A stretch of DNA of 64,000 bases from Octopus sinensis (taxonomy: Eukaryota): assembly GCF_006345805.1 (NCBI RefSeq), contig NC_043006.1, positions 42,284,001-42,348,000 of the forward strand, in the 5' to 3' direction. The translations under genes and the position numbers were made by a program. This document shows positions 26,950 to 41,287 of the stretch, one piece after another (the first letter of the stretch is position 1; each line of letters starts with the position of its first letter). The notes under the pieces are model-generated. The model did not search any database. It was not told where the DNA came from and worked only from the letters and a program-made list of their open reading frames with translations.

Positions 26950-28029
26950 GGAAAGCCTGTTTTACAGCATCGTCAGAATTAAATTTTTTTCCTATCAAAA
27001 AGTTATCCAAATTCTTGAAGAAGTGGTAGACAGTGGGGGCAAGATCAGGTGAGTATGGTGGATGATGGAGAACTTCCAACTCCAGCTCCTGTAGTTTCGC
27101 AATGTCGTTTTTGCGATGTGTGGTCTGGTGTTAACTTGCAATAAAATAGGAGTAGATCTTTTGACTAAGCTAGGCTGTTTTTTCTGCATCATTTGGTTTA
27201 GTTGGCTGCAGTTTACTTCGGCCGTGATTGATGAGGCAGGTTTAATGAAATCCTAATGGATCACAACTGCACCAAACCACCAAACACACACCATCAGCTT
27301 CTTTTGATGAATTTTGCTTTTTGGACTGTATTTTGGTGGCTCATCTTTGTTCAACCATTGTGCTGAACGTTTACGGTTGTTGCATTGGATCCATTTCTCA
27401 TCACATGTTACAATTCGATTCAAAAATTATTCATTTTTGTGACGAGAAAATAGCATAATGCAGGCTTCCAAACCTTGCTGTTTGTGATTTTCATTGAGTT
27501 CATGTGGAACCCACTTATGCAACTTTTTCACTTTACTGATTTGAACTAGGTGAGTTAATATTGTTTGCTTGCTAACACCAAACAACAACGATAAATCACG
27601 GGCACTTTGAGATGGATCTGACATGACGGTGGCTTTCAATTCGTCATTATCCACCTTTGTTTCTGGTCGACTGCATTGCTCATTTGTGAGTCAAAGTTAC
27701 CAGAACGAAATTTTGCAAACTGCTGTGTAATAACGTTAGAATGAAATACTCCATTAATATTCCGAGCTGTGTGTGACGATGTATTTCCAAGAAAGAACTC
27801 ATATTTAAAAACTGTACGAATTTCTGACTTAGCTATCTCTAAACAAAAATAGCAAAAAAACGATTTATAAGTACTTTATAAAGCGCAAAATGAGTTAGAA
27901 TAAAGAAATAGATGTGCTAGCTTTCTAACAAAAAATAAAGATTGTCAACATATAATAATGGCGCAAAATGAGCAGCTGTCAGAGTTTACCATATACCTTA
28001 CTACAAATTTCATACTTGACGACCTAATA
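26950..28029 (-). mobile_element. Decayed mariner transposon
   Basis: WVPHELNENHK, IVTCDEKWI, NTRPH and HPPYSPDLAP motifs across broken frames. Terminus TATTAGGTCGTC. Confidence 0.9.
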
Positions 28030-28390
28030 TAATCACAGACGTGTACATGCGTACACTTACACTCACACACTTACACACACACACACACATATGCATAGTC
28101 TGGGAATTATAATAGTTTTTTTGTAGGGATGATGTTGTTGGGTGTTAATGGAGGTGACGGTGGTTGTAAGCAATAAAGAGTTGTGGATTGGCTTAACGTA
28201 TACGCCTTAATGCAAGTACTAGTTGGGCTATGACGTCACCACCATTATCATAACTATAAGCAACGAACAAGCAACAGCCGTACTATGAGAATCAGCATCA
28301 CTGTTTACAATTATCATCTCTTATTTTCTCTTTCTTCTTTCCTTCTCTTACTCTCTCTCTCTCTCTCTCTGTCTCTTTCTCAACCAAGAA

Positions 28391-28548
28391 AACCATTGGT
28401 TTCATGTGAAGAGAACCTTACAGTTGTTCAAGCGTGCCACGTGAAAGTGAAGCTTTGGCACTCGTTTACATTTTGAAGACGAGTACCAACAGTCCCATAT
28501 GGTGCGCTTGGAAAATTGGTAAAATATTTTCACATGAAACCATTGGTT
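28391..28548. repeat. Short palindromic element (related copies at 31972-32103 and 58528-58709)
   Basis: Terminal inverted repeats ACCATTGGTTTCATG/CATGAAACCA(A/T)TGGT. Central ACTCGT...ACGAGT hairpin shared with 58618-58642. Confidence 0.7.
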
Positions 28549-28661
28549 ACTTTCTTAATCTACAAATAAATAATACGCTAGTACGGTGTTGAGTACTCAC
28601 TGTTCGATATTAGTATGTGCATATGTGTGTGTGTTTGTGTTTATGTACATATACATATGTA

Positions 28662-28694
<33 letters not shown>

Positions 28695-30267
28695 GTATGT
28701 ATGTATGTATGTATATATATATATGCTCTCTGTTTCTCCATTCACCATTATCAACATCAATGCCACCGCTCTCGACTCTCGACGGTATTTTTTCTATTTG
28801 AGTTACTTCCCTTAGCCTGACACAAAAGGCAGGTATGTAAGATTGTAATTTTGCATTATTGTGTGTGTATGCGTGCGTGTGCGTGTAACAGTGAAAGATA
28901 GCAGAAGAAATGCCAATGAATCGCTATATATATAATCATATTCACAGGCGCACTCATACACAGTCAAACACATACACACACACACACATATACATACACG
29001 AAGATTTATAATAGTTCGCTATGGTGATGGTGTTGGCAGGGTGTTTAGTTCATGAAGGTGGTGGGGCAGTTGTAACCATGTGTGTGTTTGTGCGTGCGTG
29101 AATTTATGTATATATATATATATATGTGTGTGTGTATATGTATGTCTGTAAACAATATTAATCCGGATACATTATATATAAAGAATACGTCGGCTGAAAT
29201 ATTACTTCGGCTGTATTCAAACCACGCATGTCTAGCATAGAAACCAGTGGTATGAGTCTGTCACACTAAATACCTCAAATACACCCACACACAACGCATA
29301 CACATACATACGCACACGCACCATACATATATATATATATATATATATTATAATATATATATATATATATAATATATATATATATATATACTACACATGA
29401 TGAATTCTTCATCTGAATCAAACTACATATCACTTTTTTTAAAAGAAAAACGAAACAGAATTTCTATAACTGTCGTGCAATTGTTTGTAATTTGCCTTGT
29501 CAGTACGAGATTGTCGGTCGATTTCTGTGGAAGAAGTAACTTGCGTTTCTCAATATTGCATCATTAATATTATAATTGATATTTTGATTCTTAGCATTTC
29601 TGTTATTAGAACATGTGATTTGTTTCACCAATCATTTCCACGCATCTCAATCACGGGCTTTCCTTACGTAACCCTGGTCCCGACCGTTCATGTAGAATTA
29701 AATATTGGCTTCCACCCAAACAAGCTCATTGAACTTGGTGGTCTTGTTAGTTCCGACCCCCTTTACATGGGTTATATACCGTTGACATTATAGGAACACT
29801 AATCGATCTTCCACAGGTTCGATTATTAATCCTGCTTGGTGTCCACACACCCTAGTCATTGAGCGAGTCCAAGGGTGAGGGCAGTTTAATCACCGATCAT
29901 GAGCAGTTAGCCCTGATTATATAGTTGTCAGAAGTGGGTTCCCCTCAATCTGTGGTTGACTGGTCCCAACTTCACATACGTATATCTATATCTATCTATC
30001 TATCTATCATATATATATATATATATATATAATATATATATATATATATACAGATAGATAGATAGATAGATAGATAGATGGATAGATAGATAGATATATA
30101 TATATAATATATATATATATATATAATATATTATATATATATATATATATAGATATATATATATAATATATAATATATATATATATATATAGTTATCAGT
30201 AACAATAACGGGTGAAATTAATTCGAAATCTACTTGGCTTTTACATGCCGAAATCTACTTAGTATTA

Positions 30268-30318
<51 letters not shown>

Positions 30319-30563
30319 TAAAGTTAAGGATAAAATCTATATAGAATATTATTATATATAAATAAATATATATGTATATGTGTGTGTAAACAATGCTGAG
30401 AAATTGTGTCAAATTTCTTTACATATATATCTATATATATATATTAATAGTAGTGGTATGACAACAAAGAATGATGAGGTGTCGATATTATGTAAATAGA
30501 AGAATTATCTGTAATATATGTGACATTATTCGGTTGCCATAATAAAACTCCGAAACTCGGAGT

Positions 30564-30601
<38 letters not shown>

Positions 30602-30702
30602 TATATTATATATATATATATATATATCTATATATATCTATAATATATTATATATATCTATATATACATATATATATATACATATATATGTATGTATGTA
30701 TG

Positions 30703-30740
<38 letters not shown>

Positions 30741-30899
30741 TAAATAAAGAAGTTTAACTTTCTAAATAATGGAGAATAATTTTATCCGTTCTGTTTATAT
30801 ATATATATATATAATTATATATATATATATATATATAATATATAATATAATATATATATATCTATAATAATATATATATATATCAAAAGCACTTGAATA

Positions 30900-31925
30900 G
30901 ACTATACAAATAGATAATAAATAAATAAATAATTTAATATTATTTATTTAAATAAAATAAATATATGAATTAAATATTACTAAAATTATATAACAAATAA
31001 GATATACCTCCCAATATAGGTAAATTTGAAAATAATAACAGATGATAATTTGAAATTTAAACTATGTATAGTGTAATTACCCTCCTTGGTACTAATCACC
31101 TATAAATACCCATAGTTCCCTGCTACTTTCTTCTTCAAATCACCATTTTAGTACCAGCAAAAGAAGGAAGATATGTATTTGAATTTTTCTTATCACATTT
31201 AAACACAGACATTTTTATTATGATGCTTAATCTTATATCTCACATTCTGTATTTGACATATACTTGATTTTACATGATTGATATATATATACTAATTCAT
31301 ATTTATAATGTATAATTTATAAATTTTAATTCTTAATATTACAAAGTATAATTTTTATTCTTAATTTTTAATCTTTAATGCTTAATTGTATTGCTTATTT
31401 TTAAAGGGATGTAAAATTAGATATATAGTATTTTGAAATAGAACCTGAAGATGTGTTGGAATAATTGTAAATCTGACGATTGCATATATGTATTTATATA
31501 TGTATATATATGGGTATACAGTTGTGTATATGTATATAATAATCTTCCAATACTGAAACACGTGTAGTTCCTTCATATTTAATAAATATAAGTATTAACT
31601 AAAGTATGATATAATTAATGAAGTATATTATATACTCAACTGGCAATTTTGGTTATATCCTTTAAGTATTATTTCGTGATGTGCAAACTGATACCATGAG
31701 TTTACTGTAAGATATACACATTAGGTTATTTTTGTATTATCTGAAATAGAATACCCGCATGTCGATTAATCCCCAAAAATTGAATATTGGTTTTATCGGA
31801 TACTTTGTATATTTATAGATAAATATATAAATATACGATAAATAGGACCTCAAAGTACGATATGTAGATGCATATAACGCTCTGGGGTTACACCTCAGTG
31901 ATTTTGAAATTTGGTTTCCCAAATA

Positions 31926-31930
<5 letters not shown>
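30900..31930 (-). mobile_element. Possible highly decayed Penelope-like RT relic
   Basis: Only faint minus-strand similarity (YPIKPIF ~ PLRPIV, TTVYPYI ~ SLYTNI, KKNSNTYL ~ KPTNTxxYL), though in the expected order. Very AT-rich. Confidence 0.25.
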
Positions 31931-31975
<45 letters not shown>

Positions 31976-32102
31976 TCTTTATGGGTTAACAGGGTACCAT
32001 TTGTAGGCGTCTACTGACGTTCCATTGTGGTACGCTTGATAATGCTGAGGCTTCTCAACATGAAACCAATGGTAGCCTTGATAACCCACCGAACTGAATA
32101 TT

Positions 32103-32169
<67 letters not shown>

Positions 32170-32823
32170 ATATATATTATATATATATCTATATAATATA
32201 TATATATACAGGGAGTCCAAAGAGAGTGAGAGAGGTTAAATAAACTGGGGTGTGAGAGCAAGAATGAGGAAAAGTTCTTATGTTAATATCTGTGTAAATA
32301 CGTGAGTGTGGAAAAGATTAAATAGTGCATGGTTAATAGATGTGTGTGATGAAATGAGTATCTTATTTCAGCTCATCTGTGTCTTGATAACTCCACAATT
32401 CATATAATTTCATGCCCATTTCTCTTTCTCTAACTATCTCTTTCTTTCTCTCACTCTCACCTATCCGTCTATCTATCATCAGAATGTAAAGATCCTAGGA
32501 GCTGATCAGTTGTTCATTCCACACGTCAATCATTTCATTCCATCCGCCGATATCTTTAACTCTTAATCCGTGCATTTATTTCAGTAAGCGTGTGAGATGA
32601 AGCTGTCAATCTACTCCATCTATCTATCTTTCGGTGATTCAACGCTGTGTCTCTCTATCTATCAATGTCTGTGTATCTAACAATCTATCTGTCTTTCTGT
32701 CTGTCAGTCAGTCTGTCTTTCTCGTTAGCTAGCTAGTCATCTATGAAAGGATTGATTAACCAATCTATTTATGTCTTAATATCTGTACGGCTATTTCATT
32801 CCGCTTGCATATTGAGTAACTCA

Positions 32824-32904
<81 letters not shown>

Positions 32905-33007
32905 ACAAACATACATACAATATATATACATATATATATACATATATATACACACATATATAAAATATATACACATACATATACATATATATGTGTGTGT
33001 GTGTATG

Positions 33008-33060
<53 letters not shown>

Positions 33061-33272
33061 GTATATGTATTTATATATATATATATGTATGTATATATGT
33101 ATTTATATATATATATATGTATGTATGTATGTATATATATATATATATGCATACATATATATATATGTATGTATATATATTGTATGTATGTATATATATA
33201 AATGTATGTGTGTATATATATATATATACATATATTTATGTATATATGTATGTATGTATATATGTATATATG

Positions 33273-33310
<38 letters not shown>

Positions 33311-33572
33311 TATAGATATAGTGTACTCTTCCGTTGTTTGTAGGATCAAGAAAGAAGTACTCCATCAAGCGAGAGAAAAATATCGTTCGATAAGCATAGG
33401 TTTGAAATGTGAGCTACTATAAGTTTCCTTGATCTGGTAGTACAGTGGACGAACGAGCTTTTGTATCGTACTGTATACCATACAAGTTATACAAGCTCAT
33501 CTGCCTGCTGTACTACAGGAGCATGACATTTTTGAGGCACAGATTTTAATCCTTTGTTTATTAAATTACATA

Positions 33573-33638
<66 letters not shown>

Positions 33639-33744
33639 TGTGTATCGTCTGGGTGTTGTAGTTGAGCGTTGTACAACTTCTAAGGATGATAAATCCATCA
33701 AGTATTAAACATCTTTAGATCTCTGATCCTTCCTGTCCTGTTCT

Positions 33745-34173
33745 ATAGTTGAGACTTAGGTACTGTCCGGGGCCCTTGGGTGCCGCTTGAACTTCTTTGG
33801 TACCAAGATGATTCGTAGGATTGTGGGTTACCAATGGCCGCATTTCGTATCCAACCAATGATTCTACTCAGAAACTGGGATGCGTCCTATTATTTGTATG
33901 ATTCTGGAGCACCAGCCTAGACTGTTTAGCCTTGTTGTTCGATATTCCGAGGTTTACCGTGTTTTCTTCATTGAGGATCCGACTGGGTTGACGGCTCATT
34001 TTGCTCGACCCCATGCCAAATGGTCATAGAAGATAAGGAGGTCTCTTACGGAGACGAGGACTCACTGGGACTGTGCTCGACAGATCGCTCGGAATAACAC
34101 GAAGATATACCGACGATGGTGAATGCAGCAGCACGCTGCAACGACGCATGCTCCAATCTCTGACCTGACCTGA
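33745..34173 (+). mobile_element. RTE-clade LINE 3' end
   Basis: ET*VLS...FGTKMIRRIVGYQWPHFVSNQ...RLFSLVVR, followed by a (TGACC)n tail. Confidence 0.75.
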
Positions 34174-34801
34174 TAAATATCAGTTTCCATCATGACTATG
34201 GATCATAATGGAGAGTAAATTTTTGTGCTATTTGCACTTCACGACTCACAGCTAGTTGCATCGTGATATGGCACATGGGGGGATAATGAGCGAGTGACAA
34301 AAAATAAGGACTGAAAATGAACCAGAATTACCCCAACCCACATTCTGGGTTCGTTTGTATAGTGGGGTATCATATGCATAAATTTTTGAAAAATTTATCA
34401 GCTGAAACTGACTTTCTTTATAATAATTCTCTTCTTGCAATATGATATAATTCGGTCGTAATTCGCTTTCAAATCTAATCATACACCGTAATCAGGAACA
34501 AAAATTTACTTAGTTCGAAATATGGGGCTTCTGACATAACAATATCAGCTGTTGTTTCCTGTAGTCGATCTTAGCATTTTGATATACCACAGTTTATTAA
34601 CACTGATCATAAATACTATATACTTACAGTAGTATACGGTTCTTTATTTTTTCAGCATATATTTCATTATTGCTGTAAATATACGCTGTGGAATTTTGTG
34701 GTGATATGTTTATAGCGGACCTTTTATGCAACAGGAAATATTTTCACGTTTCGCCGACAATCAATAACAGGGATACACTTTACAACAATACCTACTATGT
34801 T

Positions 34802-34843
<42 letters not shown>

Positions 34844-35033
34844 TGTGTTCGGGAACTGTTCGTATTTCTGTCTCTATATTTATATGTTTACATATTTGTA
34901 TGATGATATACATGCGTGTGTTTTTGCATGTATATATGCACGTGTATACGTGTGCATATGTATATGTGCCTACTTATAGATATGCTTGTATATGTCTGTA
35001 TGTATATATACATATATTTTATACATGCATATA

Positions 35034-35076
<43 letters not shown>

Positions 35077-35097
35077 CATATATCTATACATACATAT

Positions 35098-35140
<43 letters not shown>

Positions 35141-35426
35141 TATATATATATATATATGTATGTATCTATGTATGTATAGATGTATGTATATATATACATA
35201 TATATATATATTTTGTGAAATAGAAAGATGAATAATCTTGTTGCAGATTAATCAAAAGTTTAACCGATACCTTGGTAGCAAAAATCACAGCAGAAGACAG
35301 CACGGTTGGAGGTACAACCATATGGTGTTGCAACCGTGCGTTGGTGCGAATAATTGAATTTTTATATTATTAGTGAATTGAAGAAATGGAGTTGAACGAA
35401 GATTGAACAGAAATCGTTTTATTGCA

Positions 35427-35506
35427 TTCTACACGTGTTTCGAAAGGCACAATTTACCAAATTCCGAATGAATAATGAGATCATATTGTGTCTTTCTCTT
35501 CAGGAA
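35427..35506 (-). ncRNA. Type I hammerhead ribozyme (predicted), inverted copy
   Basis: Same core and stems on the minus strand. Differences fall only in loop II. Confidence 0.8.
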
Positions 35507-35609
35507 GAAATAGGAAATCCGTTGGAATAAACAAAAACAGAACAGAGGCGGAGCAAAACAAATCGAACGAGGCTCCTAAGAGCCCATGGCCAAACGGATT
35601 TCCTATTTC

Positions 35610-35688
35610 TTCCTGAAGAGAAAGACACAATATGGTCTCATTATTATTCGGAATTTGGTAAATTGTGCCTTTCGAAACACGTGTAGAA
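35610..35688 (+). ncRNA. Type I hammerhead ribozyme (predicted)
   Basis: UUC-CUGAAGA-GAAAGACACAAU...AUUGUGCCUUUC-GAAA-CACGU-GUA^GAA. Full core, 11/12-bp stem II, palindromic stem III ACACGUGU, 3-bp stem I. Confidence 0.8.
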
Positions 35689-35727
35689 TGCAATAAAACG
35701 ATTTCTGTTCAATCTTCGTTCAACTTC

Positions 35728-35823
<96 letters not shown>

Positions 35824-35884
35824 TATATATACATATATATATATACATATATACATATATATATATATATACATATATATATAC

Positions 35885-35937
<53 letters not shown>

Positions 35938-35942
35938 CATAT

Positions 35943-36005
<63 letters not shown>

Positions 36006-36444
36006 TGTTTGTTCGTGGAAGCTTATTTGATTTATCCATATGCTTAAATATCTATTTTTGTGTACGACTCAATTTGTTCGTTTACCTCTGTATATCTGTG
36101 TAGGTATATATATGTGTGTGTGTGTTTGTGGGTACGTATGTATGTATATATATGTGTGTGTGGTGTGTATACATATATATATATACATGTACATATACAT
36201 ACATATGTATATATTTATATACATATGTATATATTTATATACATATATATATATATGTATATATATCATATATATAATATATATAATATATATATCTATA
36301 TTATATATAAAATATAGTATACATATATATTCTATCCACCTACCTTTCCTTCATCTTTGTATCTGGCTTCATATATCCATATATATATATATATATATAT
36401 AAATCCATATGTATTTATATATATATCCATATGTATATATATAC

Positions 36445-36503
<59 letters not shown>

Positions 36504-36904
36504 CACCTATTCGTTATTTGTGTATATTCATCTCACTATCTATTCCTCTCTACTCTTTATTTATTTATGTAATTATTTATTCATTACAGTCTGTTTGTAT
36601 ACCTATCTAATTATATACCTACAACAACCACAAGAGTTGCCAGCACATACCTTGTAGTTATATGAAACCAGCACTGTAAACTGTTCGTTGTGAGGAGATA
36701 ACAACGTTTAATTCAGTGAACCAGAATAAAGAAATGTTTTCTGCTCCCCTTACCCAACCCTTTTTCATGGTTGTCTGTTGAATCGGAAATAAAATTAAAC
36801 CTAACAGAATATTATTACTACGAACAAAAGAAAACTTTAAAAAAAACTATCATCATCAGTGTTCTCTTTATTACTGCATTTCATTTTTCAAGTCATCATC
36901 ATCA

Positions 36905-36936
<32 letters not shown>

Positions 36937-37592
36937 GTTGTTGTTGTTGTTGTTGTTGCTGTTGTTGTTATTGTTATTACTATTACTATTACTATTATTA
37001 TTATTATTATATTATATATATATATTATATATATATATATATACATATATGTGTGTGTGTGAGTGTGTGTGTTATGAATTAGAACAACAGTCAAAGTTTG
37101 TCATTAAAATACTCGGAGTTTCGAATGTCGGAGCGAAGAGCTACGATATATTCTCGTCGGCTATTAATGGCAACAGACGCTAAGAAAAACCGTTAAATAC
37201 AAGGGAAGTTACTCTAATAGGTAGAAAAAGAAAAAATGTAAAGTGATAAAAAAAATACACGCAACTATATTCTCACAATACCTAGACATAAACCTCCTGC
37301 GTTCACAACGTCTACATACCTACACACTCACACAAACATGTATACGTACATGCACATACACACACACACACAAACATATATGTAAGTACTTACTCATATA
37401 TATACAAATTCCACCGAGGTCGACTTTATCTTTCATCCTGTCGGGGTCGATAAATCAATTACCAGTTGAGTACCCGGGTTAATGTGAACGACTGTCCCCT
37501 TCTTCACAAAATCCAGATTTTGTGCCTATACTAGACAGGATTATTATTATTATTATTATTATTATTATTTTATTATTATTATTATTATTATT

Positions 37593-37624
<32 letters not shown>

Positions 37625-37689
37625 TATCTCATCATCATCATCATCATTCATCATTATTATTAGTATTATTATTATTATTATTGCTTCTC

Positions 37690-37916
37690 TTTATCACATG
37701 TTTTGTTGGAACTCCCACAGTCTTGCATGCATAGCAGGCTTACTACCTGCAGCCTACGGTACCATGCTATTCGTTCTTTTCAGCTATCTAGTACTTTCCT
37801 AGTTATTCTGGCTGTGCCAAGGAGGCAAACCTTTTGTAACAGTTCTACTGGACACTCTATTCCAATTTCCTTTATATTTCCCTTGATGGCTTCGGATACT
37901 GTTCCCCAGGACCCCA
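37690..37916 (-). mobile_element. R4/Dong-like RLE LINE extreme 3' end
   Basis: Minus strand GSWGTVS...IKEIGIECPVELLQKVCLLGTARITRKVLDS*. Abuts an (ATT)n tract. Confidence 0.7.
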
Positions 37917-38094
37917 AAAAAAAATAATTAATAAGTATTATTTTATTATGTAGATATATATATCTATATATATATATATATATATATATAATATGATATA
38001 ATATATATTATATATAATATAATATATATATATATATATAATATATATATAATATATAATATCTATAGATATATATATATATATACGTATATAT

Positions 38095-38942
38095 CAAACA
38101 AATCACAAGCAAGGAACGGCCATAATAGGCCATTCACCACTAGAATAAACAGCCAAAAGCTTTAACCGCAATAACATCAATTCCGTAAACCAGGAAAAAT
38201 TAAAAAACATTACCCTGTAATTTCTTATACGATGCCCGTTTCGTCTACTGTTTAATGGTAAACTCCTGATTAAATTAATTTTCTCCTGGTTTACGGATGA
38301 TGTTATTTGCGGGTAAAGCTTTTGGCTGTTCTTTCTACTGGGTGAATGGCCTATTATGGCCTTCCTTATTGTGATGTTAACTTAAAAATGGTCTATGACT
38401 ATTAATTTTCTCCCACTAGGCAGCTGGTTGCAAAAAAAATTCTACAAAATTTTTTTGCCACCCTATATTGATTAATTATGAATTTTCTGGTTAATTCCGT
38501 AATGGAATCGGCGTCTTAGTTTATTTGCTGCCGATAATTTTGGCGCGATGCGATGATTTAAAATTTTAGGTCAGATATTGCCGAGGCAGGGACGGGAATG
38601 CTCGTGAAAAATATCTGTCCGACTTGGCTATTTCTTACTTGAATCTAGGGCCTATGTAGATTGGCTTGATTAATTTAATCAGGTAGTTTACCATTAAACA
38701 GTAGACGAAACGGTGCATCGTATAAGAAATTACAGGTAAATGTTTTTTAATTTTCTCTGTTTAGGAATTGATGTATTTTGCGTTAAAGCTTTTGGCTGTT
38801 ATTTCTGTGGGTGATGGCCTATTATGGCCGTTCCTTGATTGTGATGTTGAACTTAAAAATGGTCTATACTATTTATTTTTTCCCACTAGGCCGCTGTGGC
38901 AAAAAAATTCTACAATTTTTTTGCCACCCTATATTGATTAAT
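38095..38942. mobile_element. Penelope-like non-autonomous insertion: inverted arm plus partial tandem direct repeat
   Basis: 38100-38278 is inverted relative to 38670-38846. 38275-38478 is directly repeated at 38745-38942. Degenerate hammerhead at 38630-38730. Confidence 0.75.
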
Positions 38943-39080
38943 ATATATATATATATATATATATATAGATATATATATATATATATTATATATATATAAC
39001 ACACACCACAAATTCTGCCGAGATCGATGTAATCGACTAGTCTCTCCCCAAAAAATTTCAGGCCTTGTGCCTATAGTAGA

Positions 39081-39152
<72 letters not shown>

Positions 39153-39182
39153 CATTATTATTATTATTACTATTATTATTAT

Positions 39183-39674
39183 TGAGTGAGAAAGCAGTGC
39201 ATGCCATCAAAGTGACACTGGGGTAAAATATACGAAACCCTGCATACCCATCATGATTACCCGTCTCATAAGGGTACACTAGGCACATGCATCACAACCA
39301 TATGTGCGCGACATGGTGATCTTATATCAAGATGAACAGCACATGACCTTGCAGGTGGGGCCCAGTTAGAATTTTCTTCTGCTCGAGTAACCCATCCCAT
39401 TGAAAAGGTCCCTGAATAAGGTCTGTTTAAGGAACGAAACACCCATGTTTCCATACATGAATTATCCAAACCTCAAAGAGTTCCTCTCAACATATGGCTA
39501 TGATGCTCCCCCACTACTTCAGCTCGTGATCAGAGATGCACATATCGTCAACCACTAAGAGACATGGTCAACTGGTTAGGGTCTAACAACCAACAAGCAA
39601 ATCTGTGGTATTGAGCAGAATATTTGCTGTAGCCCATCTTTTATTCCAAGACAAAACAATGTACATGATAACAC

Positions 39675-39675
<1 letters not shown>
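39183..39675. mobile_element. Unclassified interspersed element inserted in an (ATT)n tract
   Basis: About 490 bp of complex sequence bounded on both sides by (ATT)n. No recognisable ORF. Confidence 0.5.
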
Positions 39676-39737
<62 letters not shown>

Positions 39738-39952
39738 CATTATTATCACTATTATTTAGGCGGTGAGCTGGCAGAATCGTTAGCATGCCGTGATCGTCGC
39801 GTTTTCTATTTTTCAGGGTTTTTTTTATCAGTAGTGTGCATTTTGCACTACATTAGCCAATGTGTCTTTCCTCATCGTAAAACATTTGAGAAAATAAAGA
39901 TGTAGCTGCCATTTCGAGAAGGCAATGTGAACACATCGAGACACACACACAC

Positions 39953-40020
<68 letters not shown>

Positions 40021-40921
40021 CTCTCTCTCTCTCTCTCTCTCTTTCTTTTTCTCTCTCTCTCTCTCTAGATACTACACCACGCCAGAGTCGACTTTGCTTT
40101 TCATTTATTGCCAGGTTCGATTGTACAAAGTATAACTCGTGTATTCGTGCCGATTGGTTGTGCCAACGGGAAAGCAATTAACTGCTACTACTACTTCTAC
40201 TGCTGCTATTACTACTACTACTACCACTGCCGCCGCTGCTGCTGCAGATGTTGCTGCTACAAGTCATATTATTTGCTGGACTTGATATTAATCAACTACA
40301 GAACTTCCCTAACAACGTCTTTTAGCCTTGTACTTGTATGAGAAGCCAATATCATATCTCAGGGTTGTTACTTGTTAAACAAATGATTTTACCGGCGACC
40401 GTGTCTTGAAATTCAAAGCCATTTCAACCATCTAAAAAAAAAACACAAAATAACTTTTAATTTCACTTCTTGTTTATTTCTCCAACCGCGTCGGACAAAG
40501 AAGACCAAGCGGCGTTTCTTTCGACTCTTAACGTTCTGAGTTCCAATGTGGCTGGGGTTAATTTCGCCTTTCATTTTTTCGGGATCGATAAAAAAAGTAT
40601 CAATCAAGCACTGGAGTCGATTACATCGACTCCCTTCTTCACCAAAAAAATGTTACGCTTTGTGTCTCTATTAGAAAGGATCATCATCATCATCATCATC
40701 ATTATTTTTTTTTAATAAAATATGGTCCGTTATCTTCTGCTGAACCGGGGTCATCCCTTGACCCTAGGGTCACAGCAGGTTCTCATCTCATGGAGAGTAC
40801 ACGGCGTGAAATGTGTGCGGAACCTAGCAACACTATTTTCTGAAGTTCTCTCACGTTAACAATGCAAAGGGAGTTTGTTGAGCTGCTTATCAAGGCCCTT
40901 TTTAGTGGGGGAGACATATAG

Positions 40922-41005
<84 letters not shown>

Positions 41006-41008
41006 TGA

Positions 41009-41221
41009 AGGCGACGAGCTGGCAGAATCGTTAGCGCACCGGGCGAAATGCTTAGTGGTATTTCGTCTCCCGCTACGTTTTGAGTTCAAATTCCGCCGAA
41101 GTCGACTTTGCCCTTTCATCCTTTCGGGGTCGATAAATTAAGTACCAGTTATGTACTGAGATCGATCTAATCGACTAGTCTCCTCCCCAAAAATATTTCA
41201 GGCCTTGTACCTATAGTAGAA

Positions 41222-41222
<1 letters not shown>
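41009..41222 (+). mobile_element. SINE family A, full length
   Basis: Matches 10008-10220. Further copies or fragments at about 37406-37540, 40520-40680, 42070-42180, 47775-47984(-), 48140-48900(-), 49260-49560(-), 52431-52600 and 54620-55130(-). Confidence 0.88.

Positions 41223-41283
<61 letters not shown>

Positions 41284-41287
<4 letters not shown>

Larger units (their letters stand above)
35389..35726. mobile_element. Palindromic Penelope-like pLTR insertion (~137-bp arms, ~64-nt spacer)
   Basis: 35389-35525 is the reverse complement of 35590-35726 with few differences. Each arm holds a hammerhead core. Confidence 0.85.

Noticed and set aside
33437-33517. Imperfect hairpin GTAGTACAG...CTGTACTAC as a structured ncRNA
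   Set aside because: Many mismatches and bulges, a single copy and no recognisable motif.
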